A stretch of DNA of 64,000 nt from assembly GCA_045654365.1 (NCBI GenBank), contig JAZONF010000009.1, forward strand, positions 45,345 to 109,344, in the 5' to 3' direction. Below the pieces are notes generated by a model, which saw only the letters and a program-made list of their open reading frames with translations, searched no databases and was not told the origin of the DNA. The translations under genes were made by a program, and so were the position numbers. The DNA comes from Christensenellaceae bacterium. GTDB lineage: Bacteria; Bacillota; Clostridia; Christensenellales; Borkfalkiaceae. Of the stretch, positions 39,885-47,376 are shown one piece after another. How positions within the stretch are numbered: the first letter of the stretch is position 1; each line of letters begins with the position of its first letter.

Positions 39885-40400
39885 TCATATATTCACGGAA
39901 AGGGTGGGTAATCTCTTTATCGCAATATAAACGGTTAAACCCGTTATCGTTCCACCTAACACGCCTATTATGGCGAGATAGGGAATATATACTAAATACC
40001 CAACCGTGCCCGTGATTAAACAAAATACAACGTTTTGCAAGGTTATATTAATTACCGCTCCACATATGCTTGTTGATATTATGCTAACTTTCTTACTGTA
40101 GCGCAATATAATTATTTCAACTATGAGCGCAATAATTCCTGACGGTAACGAATACAAAATTGCCGAAAAATTACCGATAAATAAACTGCCCAGCACAACT
40201 TTTGTAATTAAAGTTATAAATCCGTGTGCTGGAGATATGGTAATCACCGACAGTAAAATAAAAATATTCGACACACCCATTTTTGCACCGGGAATAATTA
40301 ACGGTGGAAATAGACTTTCAATGTAAAAGGCTATTAACGCAAGGGCGGAATATAGTGCGGTGAAAGTTATTTTTTTTATTTTAACGTTAGTCATAGCCAC
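39885..40400 (-). CDS. Gx-transporter family membrane protein (heptaprenyl diphosphate synthase component-I-like)
   Basis: 171 aa with 5 TM helices and the PGAKMGVSNIF motif typical of this family. Overlaps the upstream NusG-II gene. Confidence 0.65.
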   Translation of the reverse strand: MAMTNVKIKKITFTALYSALALIAFYIESLFPPLIIPGAKMGVSNIFILLSVITISPAHGFITLITKVVLGSLFIGNFSAILYSLPSGIIALIVEIIILRYSKKVSIISTSICGAVINITLQNVVFCLITGTVGYLVYIPYLAIIGVLGGTITGLTVYIAIKRLPTLSVNI

Positions 40401-40878
40401 CTCCTATAATCGGTGGTTCGGGTAGAGAAACGTTTGTTATTGGAACAATAATTAAATTATGTGGAGCGCAATAAATTACTCCCTGTTTTGAAATGGCAGG
40501 CTCGTATATGCAATCTTTTGAAGAGGAGCAAGTAGAATCAACCATTACGACGGAATTACTTAATGCGCTATATCTAATAGTGTTGTAATCGCTTTTTTCT
40601 GAATTATAAAAGATTGTAATTTGACATTTATCCTTGTCTATTTCAACAAAATCTCCTAAATCTTCTGAATAAGTAAATTCTTGGTTTTGATAGTAAAAAG
40701 ATAAAACTTCCTTATTATCAATTAGTACCTTAAAACCTTTTGACTGGGTTCTTTGAGGAATAATTATGAAAAAAAGAAAAAGTAAAAATATTGTTAAAAG
40801 CAGAAAAAGATATATAAAAATATCGTTAAATTCAAAGGCTTTCCTTTTTTTTATTTTATCAAAAATAATGTTTTTCAA
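40387..40878 (-). CDS. NusG-domain-II-containing (DUF1312-like) membrane-anchored protein
   Basis: N-terminal TM anchor, then a beta-rich domain ending in ...CIYEPAISKQGVIYCAPHNLIIVPI. The family usually pairs with the Gx transporter. Confidence 0.6.
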   Translation of the reverse strand: MKNIIFDKIKKRKAFEFNDIFIYLFLLLTIFLLFLFFIIIPQRTQSKGFKVLIDNKEVLSFYYQNQEFTYSEDLGDFVEIDKDKCQITIFYNSEKSDYNTIRYSALSNSVVMVDSTCSSSKDCIYEPAISKQGVIYCAPHNLIIVPITNVSLPEPPIIGGGYD

Positions 40879-40896
40879 TTTATCCCTCTAAAAAGG

Positions 40897-42183
40897 TTAA
40901 TCAATATTTTTTGGACAAACTTTTATTATCCTAAGTAGAGTCATTGCGAGAGAATAAACAAAGAGAACACTTAGTGAATAAATTCTCCAATCAAGAGTTT
41001 TTTGGAGCGCAAATATTGAAGATGCTACAACGGAAAATATAAGATTTGTAAGCATTAGAAAGTCTGCAAAGGTAATCTTTGTTGCTTTTAATCCTGATGC
41101 AGATAAAATTGCGCCTAAAATTAAAGTGCCGATAAATAAAAGATTTATTATGCAGGAGGGGATAAGTCCATATTTTATCGATAAATTACCACCTTCCATT
41201 TTAAAGAAATTGGTTACGTCTGCAAACGTGATAGTGAATAGGAAAAAGATTACGGTAAAAATTGATACCGTTATAATAATTCCCCAGCCGTATTTGTGAG
41301 ATATCTTTTTAATGTAATTTATAATTCTAACGTCACTGAAAGATTCAGAAGTGTCTTTACCTATTTTTGAAATATCAAAGAAAATAAATCTTAGTATGGT
41401 TAAAATTATTATCGTACCTAAAAGGATGGTCCAATAACTGAGGTAAACACGTTTAACCGTTCCTACAGCAACAAATAGAATTTGAGTTAAAATGGGGAGT
41501 AGGCTTAACGTAAAGCCTAAAAGAGCAGCGTCTAACACGCTTATTTTCTTGCTTATAGAGTTAAATGTTAATAGTGACAAAAATACTCCCGCAACGATTA
41601 TCGGCAAAATAACCTTAGATGACTTAAAGTTTACGATAAAACCACTTGATATAACTAAATATGAAAGGCAGGTTAGCGAGGCGGAAAAAAGAAATATTGC
41701 AAAAAACGTGTGGTTTTTAGTTAAAGTACGATAATATGCGTTTATAGAATTCTTCGTATAATAAACCTTACCCTTTTTTTCGTAGGGGTTAAAATACGCC
41801 GTTCTCATTACAGTTACGAAGAGCATTACTAAAAAGAATGCGCCTGAAACGAGCAGTTTAATCAAAGTAAAGGTTTTAGAAATAAATAAAACGTAAAAAG
41901 CGTAGATTAGCGAAGTTAACATGATTGCTATATTAGCAGGGTCAACAACGGTTAACTTTTGGTTTTTGCATTCGGCAAATGCGTAGGTAACGTAGATTAA
42001 TGAAAAGTATGCGCAAGCATAAATATTATATTTGGCGAAATTCCCAGTCATAAGACTGCCAAACACACCAAATCTTTCGCAACCGATAAAAAGCGTGGAT
42101 AAAATAGACGTTATAAATAACATCGGAATAAAGTGAAAATTCTTGAAAAATTTTGCTACGTAGCCGTTTCTCAGGTGATTCAT
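40897..42183 (-). CDS. polytopic membrane protein (roughly 12 TM), unknown function
   Basis: ATG at 42183 is preceded by GAGGAG. The ORF-track TTG at 42252 has no RBS. The sequence is almost entirely hydrophobic helices. Confidence 0.5.
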   Translation of the reverse strand: MNHLRNGYVAKFFKNFHFIPMLFITSILSTLFIGCERFGVFGSLMTGNFAKYNIYACAYFSLIYVTYAFAECKNQKLTVVDPANIAIMLTSLIYAFYVLFISKTFTLIKLLVSGAFFLVMLFVTVMRTAYFNPYEKKGKVYYTKNSINAYYRTLTKNHTFFAIFLFSASLTCLSYLVISSGFIVNFKSSKVILPIIVAGVFLSLLTFNSISKKISVLDAALLGFTLSLLPILTQILFVAVGTVKRVYLSYWTILLGTIIILTILRFIFFDISKIGKDTSESFSDVRIINYIKKISHKYGWGIIITVSIFTVIFFLFTITFADVTNFFKMEGGNLSIKYGLIPSCIINLLFIGTLILGAILSASGLKATKITFADFLMLTNLIFSVVASSIFALQKTLDWRIYSLSVLFVYSLAMTLLRIIKVCPKNID

Positions 42184-42394
42184 TTTTTGCTCCTCTGAGT
42201 ATAATACTTTTCTATACTTATATAGTATACTATATATTGCGTTTTTTTTCAAGCGTTTTGCATAAAAAGTAAAGGTTAAAATATGATAAGAAAGATGTTC
42301 TTTTTGTTAAAAATAATTGGATTGACAAATAAATACTTGATTATTTTACTTTGTTGGGATATAATAAAAGCAAGAAAAAAATGGAAGTAGTTTA

Positions 42395-43555
42395 ATGCAT
42401 ACAAAAGTGGATTTTAGCGGTAAACTGAATATTACCTTGACCGTTGCTTCAGGCGTGGAAAGCGTGCTTAAAAAGGAACTGCTTCGTTTAGGGTATCCCT
42501 CTGCTCCCGCAGTAAACGGTGCGATATCCTTTGAGGGGGACGCAAGTGCCGTTGCAAGATGCAACTTAAACTTGCGCACGGCGGATAGAGTTTATCTAAA
42601 ACTTGCGGAATTTCCTTGCGAAAGTTTTGATGAACTTTTTGAAGGGGTTAAGGCTATTTCTTGGGAGAACTATATTGACGTTAACGGTAAAATTCCCGTT
42701 AATGGAAAATGCGTTAAAAGCAAGATTTTTTCCATATCAGATAGTCAAAAAATAGTAAAAAAAGCAATAGCGGTTAGGCTTGGCGAAAAATATAAAACTA
42801 AATATTTATCAGAAAGCGGGAGTGTTTATCGTGTTGAGTTTTCTATATTTAAAGACGTTGCGTGCATTTTGCTTAACACGAGTGGCGACGGGTTACATAA
42901 GAGAGGCTATAGGGATTTGGTTGGAATTGCTCCGATAAAGGAAACACTTGCTTCGGCAATGGTGTTGTCGAGCGATTTCTATTATCAAAAGCCATTTGCC
43001 GACCCATTTTGTGGTTCGGGTACTATTGCCATCGAAACGGCAAGAATTGCCTTAAACATTGCCGGCGGTATGGGTAGAAAGTTTGATTTTGCTGATTGGA
43101 AAGGGTTTCCCGTGTCCTCGTTTGACGAGGCTTTTAGCGAGGCTAAAGATAAGGAAACGAGGGGTAGGAAAATTGAATTGTTTGCCTCTGATATTGATAA
43201 AAAGGCTGTTGCTCTTGCTAAAAGACACGCAGAAAGGGCAGGCGTTGCCGATAAAATCAAGTTTTCCGTTAAGGACGTAAAAGATTTTAGATGTGAACTT
43301 AAAAACGGCACGATAGTAACTAATCCACCGTACGGGGAGAGAGTTTACGATAAAAAAGAGGCGGAAGAATGTTATAAAGGGTTAAGAAAAGCCTTTGATA
43401 CTCTTGATAATTGGTCAATGTATTTGATAACTTCGGAAAAAAGGTTTGAAAAAATTTTTGGTAAAAAATGTGATAGAAATAAAAAACTCTACAACTCCAA
43501 TAGGGAGTGTAGGTTATATTATTACTACAAGAGCAAAGAGGAAAATAAATTGTAG
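42395..43555 (+). CDS. THUMP-domain class I SAM-dependent RNA methyltransferase (RlmL/YpsC-like)
   Basis: THUMP N-terminus, SAM motif DPFCGSGTIAIE, catalytic NPPYGER. Confidence 0.82.
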   Translation: MHTKVDFSGKLNITLTVASGVESVLKKELLRLGYPSAPAVNGAISFEGDASAVARCNLNLRTADRVYLKLAEFPCESFDELFEGVKAISWENYIDVNGKIPVNGKCVKSKIFSISDSQKIVKKAIAVRLGEKYKTKYLSESGSVYRVEFSIFKDVACILLNTSGDGLHKRGYRDLVGIAPIKETLASAMVLSSDFYYQKPFADPFCGSGTIAIETARIALNIAGGMGRKFDFADWKGFPVSSFDEAFSEAKDKETRGRKIELFASDIDKKAVALAKRHAERAGVADKIKFSVKDVKDFRCELKNGTIVTNPPYGERVYDKKEAEECYKGLRKAFDTLDNWSMYLITSEKRFEKIFGKKCDRNKKLYNSNRECRLYYYYKSKEENKL

Positions 43556-43777
43556 ACGGAAGAATTTTAACTCAAAAATTGATTAGATATGCCTTAACTG
43601 ACGGTGTGCCTCACAACTCTTATCTCCCCTTTACGGAAGGGATAAAGAGTATTATATTATGGATATTATCTTGGGTTAATACTGCAGTGTTTAAGGATGA
43701 TGAAGTTGGTAACAACGGCTTTATAGAATTTTTAAGTACCGTAGGCATTAAATAGGAATTTAATAAAGGAGTAAATT

Positions 43778-44791
43778 ATGAAAGTATTAGTTACTGGTGG
43801 AGCGGGATATATCGGTTCACACACCACGGTTGAATTGTTAAACGCAGGACACGAGGTTGTTTGTATTGACAACTTTATGAATAGTAAGTTTGAGGCGGTT
43901 AAACGTGTTGAAAAAATCACCGGAAAATCGGTAAAATTCTATGAGGGTGATATTAGGGATAGAGTAATTTTAGATAAAATTTTTACTGAAAATAAAATTG
44001 ATGCGGTTATCAATTTTGCAGGGCTTAAAGCCGTTGGCGAATCTTGCGCAAAACCTTTAGAATATTACGAAAACAACATTGAGGGTATGCTCGTTTTAGC
44101 GTTTGCAATGCGTGACCACAACGTTAAAAAGTTAGTATTCTCTTCTTCTGCAACCGTTTATGGTAAGCCGGAATCCGTTCCTATTAGAGAGGACTTTCCT
44201 CTTTCTACTTCTAATCCATACGGAAGCACTAAACTCTTTATTGAGTATATACTTAAAGACCTTTATAAGGCGGACCCTTCCTTTAACATTGCAATACTTA
44301 GATATTTCAATCCCGTAGGTGCTCACGAATCGGGACTTATTGGGGAAGACCCAAAAGGTATTCCAAACAATCTTTGCCCATACATTACTCAAGTGGCAGT
44401 TGGGAAGAGGGAATATTTAGGTGTTTTTGGTGACGATTACGATACTCCCGACGGAACTGGCGTTAGAGATTATATTCACGTAGTTGACCTCGCTAAAGGT
44501 CACGTTCTTGCCGTTAACAAGCTAACGGAAAACCCTGGTTTACTTATCGTTAACCTCGGTACTGGACAAGGGTATTCCGTTCTCGATATGGTCAAAGGTT
44601 TTGAAAAGGCAACTGGTAAGCCTATTCCGTATAAGATTATGCCAAGACGACCAGGGGATATTGACGAGTGTTATGCTGACCCTGCTTATGCGTTTGAGGT
44701 TTTAGGCTTTAAGGCGGAAAAGACTATTGACGATATGTGCCGTGACGCAATGAATTGGCAAACGAAAAACCCCAATGGTTACGACGACTAA
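43778..44791 (+). CDS. galE: UDP-glucose 4-epimerase
   Basis: [28 protein letters not shown] catalytic motif (YxxxK), RYFNPVGAH. Confidence 0.93.
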   Translation: MKVLVTGGAGYIGSHTTVELLNAGHEVVCIDNFMNSKFEAVKRVEKITGKSVKFYEGDIRDRVILDKIFTENKIDAVINFAGLKAVGESCAKPLEYYENNIEGMLVLAFAMRDHNVKKLVFSSSATVYGKPESVPIREDFPLSTSNPYGSTKLFIEYILKDLYKADPSFNIAILRYFNPVGAHESGLIGEDPKGIPNNLCPYITQVAVGKREYLGVFGDDYDTPDGTGVRDYIHVVDLAKGHVLAVNKLTENPGLLIVNLGTGQGYSVLDMVKGFEKATGKPIPYKIMPRRPGDIDECYADPAYAFEVLGFKAEKTIDDMCRDAMNWQTKNPNGYDD

Positions 44792-44808
44792 AAAATTTCA
44801 TAAAAAAT

Positions 44809-44847
44809 ACGGTTTTTTGCAAAAAATGGCAAAAAACCGTTTTTTTG
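44809..44847 (+). terminator. rho-independent terminator
   Basis: ACGGTTTTTTGC (44809-44820) pairs with GCAAAAAACCGT (44829-44840), followed by T7. Confidence 0.75.
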
Positions 44848-44932
44848 TTTCTAAAAATATTGCAAAAAATTAAAATTTGGTGTATTATTAAATTGTAAAA
44901 AACATCAAAATATTTAAAAAGTGGAGAAATCT

Positions 44933-46798
44933 ATGAGAAACGGATATTTGAAAATAGGCACTTTTTCACCTAAAATTAGAGTGTGTGACCTTGAATTTAA
45001 TAAGCAAAATATAATTTCGGCAATAAAAAATGCAGATAAAATGAACGTAGAAGTACTGCTTTTTCCCGAACTAACCTTAGTGGGTAGTACGGCAAAAGAG
45101 ATGCTCTATTCTCATTTGCTTTGTGAAAAGGCATTAAGTGCACTTATGGAAATCTGCCAAGAAACAAAGGAAATTTCCATTTTAAGTTTTATTGGTTTAC
45201 CTTTGATTTGCAACGGAATTGTATATAACGTTATAGCCGTGGTTAATAGAGGAAAAGTTCTTTGTTTTATTCCAAAAAAAGAGGTAAGGGATAGTAAATT
45301 TTCCGCTTTGAAGTCAACCATTTACGTTAATTTTTTTGGTGACGACGTTCCTTTGTGCGATAAAGTCATTTTTGTTGATAAAGATAATAAATTAGCAAGA
45401 ATTTCCATAGAGGTTGGGGAAGATTTATTTGCACCGATTACACCTTCAACTTATCACGTTTTAGCGGGGGCAAACGTAATAGTAAATTGTGGTGCTTTTG
45501 CGCATACGGTTGAAAGTGAGAATAGAATTACAAGCACTGTCGTTGCTCATTCAAAAAGGCTAAATATTGCATATGCTTTATGTACTGCTGGTGACGGGGA
45601 GTCTACTGGTGACGAAGTGTATAGTGGAAATAATTTAATAGTGCACAACGGTGAAATTTTATCAAGAAATAAACCTTTTGAGAGTGGGCTAAATAATGCT
45701 TTAGTAGACCTTGAAACAATAGAGATAAATAATAAAAATCATAAAGAAAATTCTAACGAATACCTATTTATAAATTACGATGCAAATAGGGATATTGAAG
45801 AGGGTAGAATTTACGAAAAATATCCCTTTATTCCCACGGATAAAAATGAGAAGGAAACGCTAAATTATATCTTGGATATCCAAGCGGAAGGACTTAAAAA
45901 GAGGGTGGAGCACACCTATTCTAAAAAGTTGGTTTTAGGTTTGTCGGGAGGTTTAGATTCTACCCTTGCTCTGCTCGTTGCAATGAGAACTATTAATAAA
46001 CTTAATAGACCGCTTAAAGATATTGTTGCCGTTACTATGCCTTGCTTTGGCACGACTTCAAGAACGCTTGAAAACTCTATAAAACTTGCTAAAATTTGTG
46101 GCGTAACTCTTAAAAAAATCGATATATCTAAAGCCGTTACAAGACACTTAAAAGATATAGGGCATTCGGGTAGTAAATACGACGCAGCGTTTGAAAACGC
46201 ACAAGCAAGGGAACGTACTCAAGTGTTAATGGATTTAGCAAATATGGAGAGTGGGTTAGTTGTTGGCACGGGGGATATGAGCGAACTTGCCTTAGGTTGG
46301 GCAACTTACAACGGTGACCATATGAGTATGTACGGTGTAAACGCTGGTGTTCCTAAAACGTTAGTTAAATTTTTGGTTAAAGTTTACGCTGAAAACTCAA
46401 AGCCAAAATTAAAGGCCGTTCTTTTAGATATAGTTGGCACACCCGTAAGTCCTGAACTTATTCCGTCAAACAGTCAAGAAATTACACAAAAAACGGAAGA
46501 TTTAGTTGGACCTTACGCATTGCACGACTTTTTCTTATACCACCTAATAAATAGAGGGCTTTCTCCTAAAAAAGTTTATTTTATTGCGGTAAACACTTTT
46601 AAGGGGGAATTTGATAACCATACTATAAAAAAATGGTTAGAAACTTTTATAAGAAGATTTTTCTCTCAACAATTTAAGCGTTCTTGCTTACCCGACGGGG
46701 TAAAAGTGTTTGATTTTTCTCTTTCACCAAGGGGAGGATTTAAGATGCCGTCTGATGCTATTGCTAACGTTTGGCTTGACGAAGTTAAAAGCATATGA
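44933..46798 (+). CDS. nadE: glutamine-dependent NAD+ synthetase (CN-hydrolase + NAD synthetase domains)
   Basis: N-terminal nitrilase-like domain (FPEL..., CxxL) and C-terminal PP-loop GLSGGLDST. ATG 44933 follows GGAG. Confidence 0.85.
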   Translation: MRNGYLKIGTFSPKIRVCDLEFNKQNIISAIKNADKMNVEVLLFPELTLVGSTAKEMLYSHLLCEKALSALMEICQETKEISILSFIGLPLICNGIVYNVIAVVNRGKVLCFIPKKEVRDSKFSALKSTIYVNFFGDDVPLCDKVIFVDKDNKLARISIEVGEDLFAPITPSTYHVLAGANVIVNCGAFAHTVESENRITSTVVAHSKRLNIAYALCTAGDGESTGDEVYSGNNLIVHNGEILSRNKPFESGLNNALVDLETIEINNKNHKENSNEYLFINYDANRDIEEGRIYEKYPFIPTDKNEKETLNYILDIQAEGLKKRVEHTYSKKLVLGLSGGLDSTLALLVAMRTINKLNRPLKDIVAVTMPCFGTTSRTLENSIKLAKICGVTLKKIDISKAVTRHLKDIGHSGSKYDAAFENAQARERTQVLMDLANMESGLVVGTGDMSELALGWATYNGDHMSMYGVNAGVPKTLVKFLVKVYAENSKPKLKAVLLDIVGTPVSPELIPSNSQEITQKTEDLVGPYALHDFFLYHLINRGLSPKKVYFIAVNTFKGEFDNHTIKKWLETFIRRFFSQQFKRSCLPDGVKVFDFSLSPRGGFKMPSDAIANVWLDEVKSI

Positions 46799-46854
46799 AC
46801 TTACTTGACAAAGTAGTTTTATAATAGTATAATAAGGATATAAGGAGATTAACT

Positions 46855-47055
46855 ATGGTTGCTTTATATATTATTTTATCGATAATAGGGGTAGCGTTTT
46901 TCGTGTGTTCGGGGATAGTTTGCGGTAGAATTTGCGCTACTATTATTAGAGATAAAAACCCAGATATGAACGAAGTTTTATGGTTTTGGTACGGATTTTT
47001 ATGTCAATGGATAGCAGTTTTATCAACTTCCGTTATAAAACCTAAAAATAAATAA
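46855..47055 (+). CDS. 66-aa two-TM membrane protein, unknown function
   Basis: AAGGAG RBS (46843-46848). Two hydrophobic helices separated by IIRDKNPDMNE. Confidence 0.5.
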   Translation: MVALYIILSIIGVAFFVCSGIVCGRICATIIRDKNPDMNEVLWFWYGFLCQWIAVLSTSVIKPKNK

Positions 47056-47064
47056 ATTATTTAT

Positions 47065-47093
47065 TTGACAATTTGTTTTTTTAATGATAAAAT
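47065..47093 (+). promoter_or_regulatory. sigma-A promoter (TTGACA-17-TAAAAT) driving the T-box leader
   Basis: TTGACA 47065-47070, 17-nt spacer, TAAAAT 47088-47093. Confidence 0.6.
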
Positions 47094-47099
47094 AAATCA

Positions 47100-47359
47100 A
47101 AGCGTTGATGAAGAGGCGTTTCTGCCGTAACCTTTTTAGAGAGTCGGTGTTTGGTGCAAATCGATAAGGGGTGCAGGCTCGTGTAACTTCGGAGCAGAAA
47201 GGAAGAAAGCCTAGAGTTGGTGATTAGAACCTTTCCGTGTATGCTACGATAGTGCAGAGGAATTGATAGATTCCGTAGAGTGGCGGTTTTTCGCAATTTG
47301 AGTGGTACCGCGGGCAGATTTTACCCGTCTCAAAGTAAATGCTTTGGGGCGGTTTTTTT
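47100..47359 (+). promoter_or_regulatory. T-box riboswitch leader (tRNA-sensing transcription attenuator), apparent specifier GUA (Val)
   Basis: Stem I base GAAG 47110-13 / CTTC 47187-90. AG bay AGAGAG 47138-43. Distal hairpin 47144-64 with a GGTGCAA loop. GTA-A at 47183-86 sits just 5' of the closing helix. Stem II 47197-202 / 47230-35. Stem III 47259-63 / 47270-74. T-box sequence AATTTGAGTGGTACCGCG 47295-312. Antiterminator with 7-nt bulge TGGTACC. A competing terminator is present. Confidence 0.88.
47324..47359 (+). terminator. T-box expression-platform terminator
   Basis: CCGTCTCAAAG (47325-35) pairs with CTTTGGGGCGG (47342-52), 11 bp including 2 G-U pairs, followed by T7. Its 5' arm is shared with the antiterminator 3' arms. 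Confidence 0.85.
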
Positions 47360-47376
47360 ATACCATAGGAGTTATT

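Noticed and set aside
43556-43777. A 222-bp gap upstream of galE containing a 58-codon open frame (TTG 43579 .. TAG 43755; ...YALTDGVPHNSYLPFTEGIKSIILWILSWVNTAVFKDDEVGNNGFIEFLSTVGIK). I considered a small gene, a pseudogene remnant or a riboswitch.
   Set aside because: There is no RBS, no ATG start and no recognisable motif or conserved RNA structure. One open frame of this length among many AT-rich gaps is not statistically compelling. It would only be worth a tblastn/RNAcode check.
47197-47210. An alternative reading of the T-box specifier as GAA (Glu) or AGG/AAG within GAAAGGAAGAAAGCC.
   Set aside because: That reading requires pairing GGC/GCC and TTTCTGC/GCAGAAA. It leaves a one-nt 5' loop and no Stem II. 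In the better fold GAAAGG (47197-202) pairs perfectly with CCTTTC (47230-35) as Stem II, and CTTC-GGAGCA matches the canonical end of Stem I, which puts GTA-A in the specifier slot.
47302-47376. The ORF-track start at 47302 gives a 25-codon N-terminal extension (MVPRADFTRLKVNALGRFFYTIGVI) on the ligase fusion.
   Set aside because: This stretch is the T-box antiterminator/terminator (including the T7 run) and has no RBS. The AGGAG-preceded ATG at 47377 is the credible start.
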